Source: Alphaproteobacteria bacterium (GTDB lineage Bacteria > Pseudomonadota > Alphaproteobacteria > GCA-2731375). Taken from it: a stretch of 64,000 nucleotides of DNA. The stretch covers positions 160,001 through 224,000 of the forward strand of contig CBDDBZ010000034.1 of NCBI GenBank assembly GCA_965225945.1, in the 5' to 3' direction. The notes below the pieces were generated by a model. It saw only the letters and a list, made by a program, of their open reading frames with translations. It was not told where the DNA came from and made no database searches. The translations under genes were made by a program, and so were the position numbers. How positions within the stretch are numbered: the stretch's first letter is position 1; every line of letters begins with the position of its first letter. Positions 48,136-58,833 of the stretch are shown here, in pieces.

Positions 48136-48340
48136 CGCCGGCCCGCCGCGCGGTGCGGATCTCCCACGCGAACGCCCCCGATCGCGCCTCGCTGGCGCGC
48201 GCGCTTCGCCGCCTCCGCCGCCTCCTGAAGCATGGTCCCGGCCCGGGCGGCATCCTGATATGAGCCTAGCCCGGCCAGGCAGGACCACCCGCTCCGCTCC
48301 CAACCGCCCAGGACTTTTGTCAGACGGTATGGTCGACGCG

Positions 48341-49138
48341 TCAGCTCTGCAGCAGCAGCGGCACCGGCGCGGCGGTGGCGAGCTTGCGGGTGGTGCGGCC
48401 GAGGCCCATCAGCACGTCGAAATGGTTGTCGCCGAAGGCGCCCATCACGATCAGATCGGCCTCGACCGATTTCGCCGCCTGGATGATCGCCCGACCGCGG
48501 CCACGCGCGGTCAGGCCGGATCCTTCGTAGGACATCACCTCCGGCAGGATTTGGTGATAGCCGAGATATTCCACCGCGCCGTCCGGATTGGCCTGCGGGT
48601 GCTCGGAATTGGTGAACAGGCAAATCCGTTCGCACGCGCACAGCAACGGCATCGCCGAACGCATCGCGCGCGCGGACTGGCGAGTGCCGTTCCAGATCAT
48701 CGCCGCCACCCGGCCGAGAGTGGCGGGCGCCTCGGGCGGTGTCACCAGCACGGGCGAGCCAATCTCGAACAGCGCGGTATTCAACGCCTTGGCCTGTGCG
48801 CCGCGTTCCTCCGACAGACGCTCGATGATGGTGAGGTCGTAGCCGAGCCCGAGCGCGCGGATGGCGTCGTCCATCGCTCCCTCGATAGCGAACCAGCGTG
48901 CGTTCGTCGCATCGCCGCAGACTTCGTTGTAGGTCCGCCTTGCGATATCCCGGTCGACGGCGCCGACGTCGACGTGGCGCGGATGCGGGGGTGCCACGTC
49001 CAGCATCAACGTGGTGCGACCGAGATGAGGGTAGACGACGTCGAGATGGGCGCCCGTCAAGTCGGCCAAGGCGCGCGCGGCCACCAGGCAATCGCGATCG
49101 CTCTCACTGCCAGCGACGAATATCGCCACGCGTTTCAC
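48341..49138 (-). CDS. Universal stress protein
   Basis: ALFEIGSPVLVTP, WNGTRQSARAMR, ADLIVMGAFG, GRTTRKL..PVPLLL. Confidence 0.88.
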   Translation of the reverse strand: MKRVAIFVAGSESDRDCLVAARALADLTGAHLDVVYPHLGRTTLMLDVAPPHPRHVDVGAVDRDIARRTYNEVCGDATNARWFAIEGAMDDAIRALGLGYDLTIIERLSEERGAQAKALNTALFEIGSPVLVTPPEAPATLGRVAAMIWNGTRQSARAMRSAMPLLCACERICLFTNSEHPQANPDGAVEYLGYHQILPEVMSYEGSGLTARGRGRAIIQAAKSVEADLIVMGAFGDNHFDVLMGLGRTTRKLATAAPVPLLLQS

Positions 49139-49393
49139 CGGCTTCCCCCACCCTCGAAATAGCCATCGAATTCTATCCTATCGCCGGCGCGGCGGGCAGT
49201 GTTTTATCGGTCCGGCCGTGGCGGAAAGCCAGGTTGGAGGGAGGGCCCGAGCATGCCGGAATTGCGCTCGAGCCATCTGGGCGAGCTGAAGATCGATGTC
49301 ACCGCTTCCCACCGTTTCGCCGGGACGCCCCATGGGCCTCGGATGGCCTGCACGCACACCTTGAAGAGGCGCGAGATTTCGGTTTAAAAGGCC

Positions 49394-50545
49394 CTACTTC
49401 TTGCTCGGCTTGGCGTAGGGGAAGGGCAGCGCACGGGCGGCATGGAAAGCCCGGGTCGAGACCTTGGTCCACGATACCGCGTCGCGGCGGAAGGCGAGGA
49501 TCGCGTCCAGCACCTTGCGGCTGAGCTTGTCCCGGGAGGCGAGCTCGTTCATCACCTGGCCGGAGAGCTTGCCGACCTGTTTCAGCAGGGCATCGGGAAA
49601 CTTCTTCACCGCCACGCCGTGCTTGTCCACCAGCGTCGCCAAGGCGGCGTGGTTGCGCGCCGTCAGTTCGCTCAGGACCATCTGGTTGACGGCGGCGTTG
49701 GCCGCCTCGACCAGCGCCTTCAGATCGTCCGGCAGCTTCTCCCAGGCCTTGATGTTGATGAAGTTGTCGAGGCAGGTCGCCGGCTCATGCCAGCCGGGGT
49801 AGTAGCAGAACTTGGCGTGCTTCTGCAGGCCGAGGGCGAGATCGCCGTAAGGCCCGCTCCAGCTCGCCGCCGTGATCCGGCCGGATTCGAACGCGGCCGA
49901 GATCTCGTCGCCGGGCAATTCGAGGACCTCGGCCCCGGCCGCCTTCACCACCGCGCCGCCGAGGCCGGGCACGCGCATCGCCAGGCCCCGGTAGGCGCGG
50001 GCGCCCTTCATCTGCTTGGTGAACCAGCCGCCCATCTGCATGCCGGTGTTGCCGGCGGGAAAGAACTTGCAGCCGAGCTCCCGATAGACCTCGTCGGCCA
50101 GCGCCTGGCCGCCGCCGAAATGGAACCAGGCATTCATCTCCTCGGCCGTCAAGCCGAAGGGCTGGGAGGCGATGAACTGGCTCGCCGGCACCTTGTCCTT
50201 CCAGTAGTAAGGGGTGCCGTGGCCCATCTCGATGACGCCGCTGTTGACCGCGTCCAGCGCGTCCAGCGCCGGCACCAGCTCGTTGGCGCCGTAGACGTTG
50301 ACCACCAGCCGGCCGTCGGAACTCTTGGTGATGATGTCGGCCAGCAGCTCCGATCCGGCGCCGAAGCCCGGAAAGCGCTTGGGCCAGGTCGTCACCAGGC
50401 CCCATTCCATGCGGCCCTTGGCGATCGCGGGGGCCGGGAAGGCGGAGGCGGCGCCCGCCGCCGCGGCACCGATCGTCGCCGCCTGCAAGAAGTCGCGACG
50501 ATCCTTGCCCGCCGGCGCGCCGGCACGGTTGTCCTTGGCGGTCAT
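49394..50545 (-). CDS. TRAP transporter substrate-binding protein (DctP/TakP-like) with Tat signal
   Basis: RRDFL twin-arginine signal, TTWPK.FPG, YYWKDK, GNTGMQMGGWF, YYPGWHEP. Confidence 0.92.
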   Translation of the reverse strand: MTAKDNRAGAPAGKDRRDFLQAATIGAAAAGAASAFPAPAIAKGRMEWGLVTTWPKRFPGFGAGSELLADIITKSSDGRLVVNVYGANELVPALDALDAVNSGVIEMGHGTPYYWKDKVPASQFIASQPFGLTAEEMNAWFHFGGGQALADEVYRELGCKFFPAGNTGMQMGGWFTKQMKGARAYRGLAMRVPGLGGAVVKAAGAEVLELPGDEISAAFESGRITAASWSGPYGDLALGLQKHAKFCYYPGWHEPATCLDNFINIKAWEKLPDDLKALVEAANAAVNQMVLSELTARNHAALATLVDKHGVAVKKFPDALLKQVGKLSGQVMNELASRDKLSRKVLDAILAFRRDAVSWTKVSTRAFHAARALPFPYAKPSKK

Positions 50546-50745
50546 CGAAGCGGCCTCTCGGTTTCGGCCGGCGTTGGGAGCGGTGATGCCCCGATCGCCG
50601 GCGCGTGATCGGTGTCCCGATCTTAGTCGCTTTCCCTTCCTCGGCAACGCGGAAGTAGGCCCCGCCGGTAGCGGCCGGTATCAACCTTGCGCGCCCTCTC
50701 GATTGTCATCAAACTCCGCGCCCGGGCGGCGAGGAAGGCGCGGGC

Positions 50746-52267
50746 ATGGGAATCGAATATACGCCCCGGGCGGAGGTGCTGGCGGCGGGCATGGGCATGG
50801 TCGGCGAGCTGTTCCGGGCCCGCGCTCGAATTCGGCCGGCGGCGCTCGCTCACTTACGCAGAACTCGACGCCCGGGTCGACCGGTTGGCCCAGGGGCTCG
50901 CCGGCCTGGGCATCGCGCGCGGCGACCGCGTCGCCTTGCTGACGCGAAACTGCCTGGAATATGTCGAGGTCGAGCTGGCGGCGGGCCGGCTCGGCGCCAT
51001 TACGGCGGCGCAGAACTGGCGCCTGGCCGACCGGGAACTTAGCCATTGCCTGAATCTCGTAGCGCCCAAAGTGATCATCCTGGCGCCGGCGTTTCTCGCC
51101 ACGCTCGAGCGCATCGACGTGCCCGCCGCGAAGCGCGTGGTGCTGGGCGAGGACTATGAGCGGCTGCTGGCCCGCTCACCCGAACGCGCACCCTCGCTCG
51201 CGCTCCAGCCCGAGGACGGGTTGGTCATCCTCTATACCTCCGGCACCACCGGCCTGCCGAAAGGGGCGATGATCAGCCACCGGGCGATGGTCGCCAGGGC
51301 CATGGTCTACGCCTCCGAACTCCGTGTGCCCGCCGACAATACCTTCCTCGCCTGGGCGCCGTTCTATCACATGGCCTCGACCGACCATGCGCTCGCGACC
51401 TTGATGCGGGGCGGCAAGGTGGTGGTGCTCGACGGCTACCGGCCCGCCGAGATCATCGCCATCGCCACGACCGAGCCGCTCTATTGGCTGATATTGATCC
51501 CGGGAATGATCGAGCCCTTCATCGCCGAGGTGAAGCGAAGCGGCGCGCGTTTCGATCACATCCACATGATCGGCGCCATGGCCGACCTGGTGCCGCGCCA
51601 TCAACTGGCCGAAATCACCGAGTTGCTCGGCGCCGGCTACTTCAACTCCTTCGGCTCGACCGAGACCGGCATTCCACCGGCCACCCGCTCGTTGACGCCG
51701 ATCGGCGTCGCGCCGACGAGCCTCGCCAAACCGCAGAGCGCCTTCTGCGAGGTCCGCCTGGTCGACGCGGAAGACGACGACGTGCCCGACGGCCAGCCCG
51801 GCGAGGTGGCGATCAAGGGGCCGACGCTCTTCAGCGGCTATTGGAACGCAGGCGAAACCAACGCCCATGAATTTCGCGGCGGCTGGTTCCACATGGGCGA
51901 CGTGATGCGGCGCAATCCGGACGGCACGCTCGATTTCATCGACCGGGTCAAATATATGATCAAGTCCGGCGGCGAGAACATCTATCCGGCGGAGATCGAG
52001 CAGGTGATCATGGCCGATCCCCGGATCGACGACGTGGCGGTGGTGCGCAAGACCGACGCGCGCTGGGGCGAGGTGCCGGTCGCCTTCGTCGCCCGCAAGG
52101 AGGAAAGCCTGGACGAGGCGACGATCCTGCGCCGCTGCGGCGAGAACCTCGCCGGCTACAAGCGGCCGAAGGAGGTCCACTTCATCGGCTTCGACGACTT
52201 TCCCCGTTCCACCAGCGGCAAGATCCAGCGCCACGCGCTGGAAGCCCGGCTCGCCGACACCAACTGA
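50746..52267 (+). CDS. AMP-binding acyl-CoA synthetase; frame break near 50815-50830
   Basis: YTSGTTGLPKG, FGSTE, WFHMGD, KSGGENIYPAEIE, SGKI; probable N-terminus lies in a different frame. Confidence 0.88.
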
Positions 52268-52341
52268 ACCGGTCCAAATCCACCCGCCCGGAAACCCCCG
52301 GCTGATATAGTCGCTTCCGAAACGGGAGGGGCCGCTCGGGC

Positions 52342-54153
52342 ATGGAGCTGATCGAGCCGACTTGGCAGATGTGGGCGAGCTTCGCCGTGATCGGGCTCGC
52401 CGTCGTCGCCTATGCCGTCGAGCGCTGGCCGATGGAGGTGACCTCGGCGGGGACGATCCTGGCCCTGATGGTGATCTTCCATTTCGGCCCCGTGCCCGAC
52501 GGGGCGGGCGGCAATCGGCTGGGTCCCAAGGCGTTGCTCGCCGGCTTCGCGGCGCCGGCGTTGATCACCATCCTGGCGCTGATGGTCGTCGGCCAAGGAT
52601 TGATTCGGACCGGCGTCATCGAGGGCTTGGTGACGCGGCTGGTGGAACGCTTTCGGCTCCGGCCGGTTTCGACGGCGGCGGCGCTGTTCCTCGCCGTGGC
52701 CGTGCTCTCCGCCTTCATCAACAACACCCCGGTGGTGGTGATCTTCATCCCGGTCGCGACGGCGCTGGCCCAGCGCGCCGACGTGCCGGCGGCACGCTGG
52801 ATGATGGGGCTCAGCTTCGCCGCCATCCTCGGCGGCATGACGACGCTGATCGGCTCCTCCACCAACCTCCTGGTGGCCGGCGCCTCGGCCGAGCACGGCG
52901 GACCGGCGATCGCCTTCTTCGATTTCGCCCTCGAGGGCTCGGTGTTGGCCGCCGTCGGCATCGTCTATCTGTTGGTGGTGGCACCCAAGCTGCTGCCCGA
53001 TCGGGCCTCGCTGACGCGCCAGTATATCGGCGAAGGACGCCACTTCATCGCCCAAATCACCGTCCGCGAGAATAGCCGACTGATCGGCGAGCGGGCGGTG
53101 GCAGGGCGCTTTCCGGCGATCCCCGACATGACCGTTCGCCTCTTTCAACGCGGCACCCACGTGATCCTGCCGCCCTTCGACGACGAGCCGATCCAGCCGG
53201 GCGACGTGCTGGTGGTGGCGGCGACGCGGGAGACCCTGGCCCAGGCGCTGGCCAACACGCCGAGCCTGCTGCCCCCCGAGGGCGAGATCACCACCACCGA
53301 CCAATTTCTGGTCGAGGCGATGGTGGCGCCGAGTTCCCGCATGGTCGGGCGAGCCCTGGAGGAGATCGGGTTTCACTACCGGACCGGCTGCCTGGTGCTG
53401 GGGGTGCAGCGCCGCTCCCGCATGCTGCGGGCGAACATGGACGCGATCCGGCTCCAGATCGGCGACGTGCTGCTGCTGTTGGGACCGCGCGAGCGGGTTC
53501 AGGAACTCCGCGCCGACGCCGACGTGGTGCTGCTGGAATGGTCGGCGCGGGAGCTCGCGGCCAGGCGCAAGGCGCCGCTCGCGAGCGTTATCTTCGCCGC
53601 CCTGATCGCGCTGGCGACCACGGGAGCCCTGCCGCTGGTGATCGTCGCGCTGATGGGGGCGGTGGCGATGCTGGCGACCGGCTGCCTCGATCCCCGCCAA
53701 GCGGCCCGGGCCATCGACCGACGCGTGGCGCTGCTGGTGCCGGCGGCACTGGCCATGGGCGCGGCGCTCGGCGCCACCGGCGGGGCCGCCTGGTTCGCCC
53801 ATCAACTGGTGGCGCAAGCCCAGGGCCTGGGGCCGGCGACGACGCTCTCGCTTCTCTTCCTACTGGTGGCGGTGTCGACAAACCTGATCTCCAACAACGC
53901 GACGGCGGTGTTGTTCACGCCGGTCGCGATCGCCGTGGCGCGCGAGCTCGGTGTCTCCGAGGTCGCTTTCGTGCACGCGGTGATCTTCGCTGCCAACTGT
54001 TCCTTCGCGACGCCGATCGGCTATCAGACCAACCTCCTGGTGATGGGTCCAGGGCACTACCGCTTCGCCGATTTCCTCAAGGTCGGCGCGCCGCTGGCGC
54101 TTCTGATCTGGCTCGCCTTTTCGCTTCTGGCGCCGTTGATCCATGGGCTGTAG
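52342..54153 (+). CDS. SLC13-family permease with TrkA-C domains
   Basis: SAFINNTP, TLIGSSTNLLV, SNNAT, SFATPIGYQTNLLVMGPG.YRF.DF. Confidence 0.93.
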   Translation: MELIEPTWQMWASFAVIGLAVVAYAVERWPMEVTSAGTILALMVIFHFGPVPDGAGGNRLGPKALLAGFAAPALITILALMVVGQGLIRTGVIEGLVTRLVERFRLRPVSTAAALFLAVAVLSAFINNTPVVVIFIPVATALAQRADVPAARWMMGLSFAAILGGMTTLIGSSTNLLVAGASAEHGGPAIAFFDFALEGSVLAAVGIVYLLVVAPKLLPDRASLTRQYIGEGRHFIAQITVRENSRLIGERAVAGRFPAIPDMTVRLFQRGTHVILPPFDDEPIQPGDVLVVAATRETLAQALANTPSLLPPEGEITTTDQFLVEAMVAPSSRMVGRALEEIGFHYRTGCLVLGVQRRSRMLRANMDAIRLQIGDVLLLLGPRERVQELRADADVVLLEWSARELAARRKAPLASVIFAALIALATTGALPLVIVALMGAVAMLATGCLDPRQAARAIDRRVALLVPAALAMGAALGATGGAAWFAHQLVAQAQGLGPATTLSLLFLLVAVSTNLISNNATAVLFTPVAIAVARELGVSEVAFVHAVIFAANCSFATPIGYQTNLLVMGPGHYRFADFLKVGAPLALLIWLAFSLLAPLIHGL

Positions 54154-54236
54154 CGTCCCGGCCGGGGGATCGGGGCGGTCGGGACTTACGTCGGTTGGAA
54201 TAATGCCATCACCGGAGGCTGTGGAGGAGTCGAGGC

Positions 54237-55031
54237 ATGAAGGATAGCTACGAAACCCTGCTGTTGGAGGAGCCGGAGGCGGGGCTGTTGCTGGTGACGC
54301 TGAACCGACCGGGCTCGGCCAACGCGCTGAATACCCAGATGGGGATCGATCTGGAGGACGTGTTCCATTCAATCCTGGTGGCGCCAGGGCGCTATCGTTG
54401 CGTCATCGTCACCGGAGCAGGCGAGCGGATCTTCTGCGCCGGCGGCGACCTCAAGCAACGCGACGGCATGACCGACGAGGAATGGCAAGCCCAGCACGCG
54501 ATTTTCGAGCGGGTGATGCTGCTCCTCGTCGATTGCCCGATTCCGCTGATCGCGGCGGTGAATGGCGCCGCCTTCGGCGGGGGCGCGGAGATCGTCGGCT
54601 GCATGGACTTCGCCTATGCCGCCAGCACCGCGCGATTCGCCCTGACCGAGGTCTCGCTCGGCATCATGCCGGGGGGCGCCGGCACCCAGACGTTGCCGCG
54701 CGCCGTCGGCCCGCGCCGGGCCAAGGAGATCATTTTCACTGCCCGGCCCTTTTCGGCCGACGAGGCGCTCGCCTGGGGCTTCGTCAACCGGGTGGTGGCG
54801 CCGGAGAAGCTGATGGATGCGGTGATGGAGACCGCCGGGCGGATCGTCGCCAACGCCCCGCTCTCGATCCGCCAGGCCAAGAAGTCGATCGAGCTGGGCC
54901 TGCGCACCGATCTCCGCACCGGCATGTTCCTCGAGATCGAGGCCTACAACCGCCTGATTGCGACCGAGGATCGCCACGAGGGCGTGCGCGCCTTCAACGA
55001 AAAGCGCAAGCCCGACTTCAAGGGACGTTGA
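54237..55031 (+). CDS. Enoyl-CoA hydratase/isomerase
   Basis: TLNRP..NAL, FCAGGDL, NGAAFGGGAE, EGVRAFNEKRKP. Confidence 0.94.
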   Translation: MKDSYETLLLEEPEAGLLLVTLNRPGSANALNTQMGIDLEDVFHSILVAPGRYRCVIVTGAGERIFCAGGDLKQRDGMTDEEWQAQHAIFERVMLLLVDCPIPLIAAVNGAAFGGGAEIVGCMDFAYAASTARFALTEVSLGIMPGGAGTQTLPRAVGPRRAKEIIFTARPFSADEALAWGFVNRVVAPEKLMDAVMETAGRIVANAPLSIRQAKKSIELGLRTDLRTGMFLEIEAYNRLIATEDRHEGVRAFNEKRKPDFKGR

Positions 55032-55046
55032 GGGGCCGGCGGACGG

Positions 55047-55526
55047 CTATTTCTCGGGTCCCTCCAGGTGTGCCCGAAGCTCGGGCCGGGCATTCTGCCG
55101 GGTCGCCCATTTGTCCAGGATTCGGTGGCAGTGCGCCGGCGCGAGGCCGAGCTGGACCAGGACCTCGCCCGCCCGGGCGTAGTCCTCATAACTTTCGATT
55201 CTGCCGTCGGCCAAGCGGAAATACCCGACGCCTTCCATCACCACTCGTCGGCCTCGGCTCGCCTCGGTCCGGGCGGTATAGCTGAAGCGCCAACGGGCGA
55301 AGCCGGTGGTGCCGTCGTCGACCGGGTCGAGCATCTCCCAGAGGAAGTCCTCGCCGTCGCGGTGGAAGCGGTTCTCCAGCAATTCGGCGATCGCCGCGCG
55401 TCCGGCGAAGGCGCCGTAGAAGACGTCGTGGTAGACGCCCTCCTCGGTGAAGCAGGCGGCCAGCGCTGCGCCGTCCCCGGCCTCGACCGCAGCGGTGAAG
55501 GTCTTCAGCAAATCGACGAAGTTCAT
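55047..55526 (-). CDS. NTF2/SnoaL-like protein
   Basis: ALAACFTEEGVYHD.FYG.F.GR, FRLADGRI. Confidence 0.85.
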   Translation of the reverse strand: MNFVDLLKTFTAAVEAGDGAALAACFTEEGVYHDVFYGAFAGRAAIAELLENRFHRDGEDFLWEMLDPVDDGTTGFARWRFSYTARTEASRGRRVVMEGVGYFRLADGRIESYEDYARAGEVLVQLGLAPAHCHRILDKWATRQNARPELRAHLEGPEK

Positions 55527-55651
55527 CTTTCCGCTGCCCTACCCTAAACTTTCCCGCGCCTTGACGCTCGCCAGGCGATCCCGTATTGAACCCGCTCGCT
55601 GGCCCAGCGCCGGTCGAGGGTGATGTTTACGACGGCGGGACGGATAAGGCC

Positions 55652-55945
55652 ATGACGCGGCGCTGCGAACTCACCGGCAAGGGCGTGATGTCGGGGAACA
55701 ACGTCTCCCACTCCAACATCAAGACCAAGCGTCGGTTCCTGCCCAACCTGCAGACGGCCTCGCTGCATTCGGAGCTTCTGGGCCGCCCAATTCGCCTCAG
55801 GATCTCGACCCACGCGCTACGTTCGGTGGAACATCGCGGCGGGCTCGACGATTTCCTCCTCGCCGCGCGCGACGGCAACCTCTCGATTCGCGCCCGCAGG
55901 ATCAAGCGGACGCTCGAGAAGGCCCGGGCCGCCGCCCAGGCCTGA
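55652..55945 (+). CDS. rpmB: 50S ribosomal protein L28
   Basis: [34 protein letters not shown]. Confidence 0.97.
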   Translation: MTRRCELTGKGVMSGNNVSHSNIKTKRRFLPNLQTASLHSELLGRPIRLRISTHALRSVEHRGGLDDFLLAARDGNLSIRARRIKRTLEKARAAAQA

Positions 55946-55969
55946 CATCGCGGCCACCGCGCCGACCCG

Positions 55970-56962
55970 TCACCGCGACAGCACGAACTGCAACAGCAAC
56001 GTCCGCTGCAGGATGGTGAAGTTGTCGTCCGAGAGGAGATAGACGTCGTGGGCGCCGTCAGCCCGCGCACGGACGGCGATGCCCTCGAAGTTGTCGGTGA
56101 GGCCCGGCGCTTCCAAGCGCCCCACTTCCCGGCCGCTCAGCAGCGCGCCCGGACGGGCGGCGCCGGGGCTGAGCCGGACGACGCGGCTGGAGAAACCGCC
56201 GATCATGGAGAACCGCCGTTCCAACACCAACAGCTCGTCGTCGTCGAGGCGCGCCATGCCCGTCGGCTTGAAGGACCCGGTCGCGCCATAGCGCAGTTCC
56301 TCCGGTGATCCGCCACCCGGCCCGGCGAGCCAGCCGATGAAGTGGCCGTCGGGTCCCTTTAGATGTTCCGCCAAGGCCACGATCGCGCCACTGCCCAGCA
56401 CCGCCAGCGCCTCGATCCCGTCGGCGCCGCCGAGACGCGCGAGGGGCCGGTCCCAGGGGAGCGATTTCGGTCGCGCCGTCGCCAAGTCGACGCCCACCGG
56501 ATAGCGCAGGATGCGATTGCGTCGCTCGAAGGCGACGAGGATCTCGCCGTTCGAGGCGCGGGCCAGCGCCTCGGCGTCGTGGGTGCGGCGCGCGACCGAC
56601 ACCGGGCGCCCGTCCAGGCCCCGCATCGCGTCCAGGCGGATCTCGCTCAAGGCGATGATTCGACCCTTCGAATCGCGCTCGAGCCGTGCCCGGAGCCAGA
56701 CCCCGCGATCGCCGACGGCGAGCAGGCGGTCGCCGTCTTGGCTGAGCAGCAGGCCGGAGAAGCCACCGAAGTCATTGGCCCGCGAGGTGAGCGCCAGGCC
56801 GGCGATGAAGCGCAGCTCGCCTATCGAGGTACCGCCGCCCGTCAGCTCGTCGAAATCGATCGGCGCCGTCGTGATCGATATCTGCCGCGCGCTCGCCTCG
56901 CCGACCCCCGTCAGCAGCCCGAGGAGAAGGGCCAACGCGACCCAAATCTCGTGATTGGCCAA
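55970..56962 (-). CDS. Esterase-like activity of phytase family protein (beta-propeller)
   Basis: FGGFSGL, DAEALA, LLVLERRF, DNFEGIA, LSDDNF..QRTLLLQF; start uncertain. Confidence 0.85.
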   Translation of the reverse strand: MANHEIWVALALLLGLLTGVGEASARQISITTAPIDFDELTGGGTSIGELRFIAGLALTSRANDFGGFSGLLLSQDGDRLLAVGDRGVWLRARLERDSKGRIIALSEIRLDAMRGLDGRPVSVARRTHDAEALARASNGEILVAFERRNRILRYPVGVDLATARPKSLPWDRPLARLGGADGIEALAVLGSGAIVALAEHLKGPDGHFIGWLAGPGGGSPEELRYGATGSFKPTGMARLDDDELLVLERRFSMIGGFSSRVVRLSPGAARPGALLSGREVGRLEAPGLTDNFEGIAVRARADGAHDVYLLSDDNFTILQRTLLLQFVLSR

Positions 56963-57025
56963 GCTTCGCGGCGACGCGTAAGCTTTCCGCCGACACTGGG
57001 AATTCTTGCAGTCATGGGGAGGAGA

Positions 57026-57796
57026 ATGTCGATGCTTGCGCGTAGGGAAGTGGTCAAGGGCGCGCTCGGTTTGCCGCTGGCGGCGGTATTGGCGAACCCC
57101 GTGCGCGCCAAGACGGTGGCCGAAAGCCTTCCCCAGGTCGCAATCACCACGGCGGGCGGCAGAACCGTCAAGGGCACCTTTGCCCGCACCCGCTTGGCGC
57201 GAGCGCCGATGGTGCTGCTGGTGCATGAATGGTGGGGCCTCAACGATCAGATCAAGACCGTGGCGGGGGAGTTTGCCGGCCTCGGCTATAACGCGCTGGC
57301 CGTCGACCTCTATGACGGCCGCGTCGCCACCAGCAGCGACGATGCCCGGAGCTACATGAAGAGCGTCGAGGCCGCCGAGGCACTCGACACGCTGGTCTCC
57401 TGGGTCGCCTGGCTCCGCGCTCACAAGGGCTCCTCCGGCAAGGTCGGCACGGTCGGTTGGTGTTTCGGTGGTGGCTGGTCGCTGCTGACCGGTATCAAGA
57501 CGCCGGTCGGGGCGACGGTGGTCTATTACGGCAACGTCGCCCGCGCGGCCGACGAGGTCAAGAGCCTGAAAGGCCCGGTACTGGGCCATTTCGCGACCCG
57601 CGACAAGTGGATCGACAAGGCGATGGTGGGCGGCTTCGAAGCGGCGATGAAGCGCGCCGGCAAGTCGCTCGAGGCCCACTGGTACGAGGCCGACCACGGC
57701 TTCGCCAATCCGAGCAGCGGACGCTACGACAAGGCCGACGCCAAGCTCTCCTGGCAACGGACGGTGGCGTTCTTCCAGACCCACCTCGGCGCCTAG
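57026..57796 (+). CDS. Dienelactone hydrolase family protein with Tat-like signal
   Basis: HEWWGLN, GWCFGGG, YYG, ADHGFANP. Confidence 0.93.
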   Translation: MSMLARREVVKGALGLPLAAVLANPVRAKTVAESLPQVAITTAGGRTVKGTFARTRLARAPMVLLVHEWWGLNDQIKTVAGEFAGLGYNALAVDLYDGRVATSSDDARSYMKSVEAAEALDTLVSWVAWLRAHKGSSGKVGTVGWCFGGGWSLLTGIKTPVGATVVYYGNVARAADEVKSLKGPVLGHFATRDKWIDKAMVGGFEAAMKRAGKSLEAHWYEADHGFANPSSGRYDKADAKLSWQRTVAFFQTHLGA

Positions 57797-57812
57797 CGCC
57801 CGGGCGGATCGC

Positions 57813-58763
57813 ATGGCCAGAACGCTCCACGTCGCCGCCGCCCAGATGGGACCGGTCGAACGCGGCGAGCCGCGCCCACCGGTGGTCGCGCGCCTGATCG
57901 AGATGCTGCGCGAGGCCCATGGTCGCGGCGCCCGGCTGGTGGTCTTCCCCGAGCTGGCGCTCACGACGTTCTTTCCGCGCTGGCACATCGAGAACGAGGC
58001 GGAGCTCGATTCCCATTATGAAACCGAGCTTCCCTCGCACCTGACCCGACCGCTCTTCGAGACGGCGGCCGACCTCGGCGTCGGCTTCTATCTGGGCTAC
58101 GCCGAGCTGTTCCGGGACGCGGACGGACGCAAACGGCGCTTCAATAGTTCCGTCCTGGTCGACGACGGCGGGCGAATCGTCGGGAAATATCGCAAGGTGC
58201 ACTTGCCCGGCCATGCCGAGTATGAGCCCGAGCGGCCCTGGCAACACCTGGAGAAGGGCTATTTCGAGCCCGGCGATCTAGGCTTTCCGGTCTGGCGGGC
58301 GATGGGCGGCAATCTCGGCATGTGCCTCTGCAACGACCGTCGCTGGCCGGAGACCTGGCGGGTCATGGGGCTCGGCGACGTGGAGTTGGTCATGCTCGGT
58401 TACAACACGCCGGTGGGAAACGCCGTGGCGCGGGAATCGGAGCACCTGCGGATGTTTCACAATCACCTGTCGATGCAAGCGGGTTGCTACCAGAACGGCA
58501 CCTGGGCCGTCGGCACGGCCAGGGCCGGGCTCGAGGGCGGGGTCGAGATGATGGGCGGCAGTTGCGTCGTGGCACCGACCGGGGAAATCGTGGCCCTCGC
58601 CAGCACCCTCGAGGACGAGGTTGTGAGCGCGCTCGTCGACCTGGATCGCGGGCGCTACCTCAAGGAGACGATCTTCAACTTCGCAGCGCATCGCCGGATC
58701 GAGCACTATCGCGTGATCGCCGAGCAGACGGCGGCGATACCGCCGGAGTCGAGCGGAGAGTAG
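57813..58763 (+). CDS. N-carbamoyl-D-amino-acid amidohydrolase (nitrilase superfamily)
   Basis: FPELALTTFFPRW, YRKVHLPGH, HLEK.YF, CNDRRWPE, GYNTP. Confidence 0.9.
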   Translation: MARTLHVAAAQMGPVERGEPRPPVVARLIEMLREAHGRGARLVVFPELALTTFFPRWHIENEAELDSHYETELPSHLTRPLFETAADLGVGFYLGYAELFRDADGRKRRFNSSVLVDDGGRIVGKYRKVHLPGHAEYEPERPWQHLEKGYFEPGDLGFPVWRAMGGNLGMCLCNDRRWPETWRVMGLGDVELVMLGYNTPVGNAVARESEHLRMFHNHLSMQAGCYQNGTWAVGTARAGLEGGVEMMGGSCVVAPTGEIVALASTLEDEVVSALVDLDRGRYLKETIFNFAAHRRIEHYRVIAEQTAAIPPESSGE

Positions 58764-58785
58764 AACGCCGGCCTCCCGACGCACG

Positions 58786-58822
58786 GGACGCTATCTCGAC
58801 TTTATAAGTCGAGATAGCGTCC
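58786..58822. terminator. Perfect 17-bp stem hairpin between convergent genes (bidirectional terminator or REP)
   Basis: ggacgctatctcgactt-tat-aagtcgagatagcgtcc. Confidence 0.6.
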
Positions 58823-58833
58823 TCGTTATCCAG

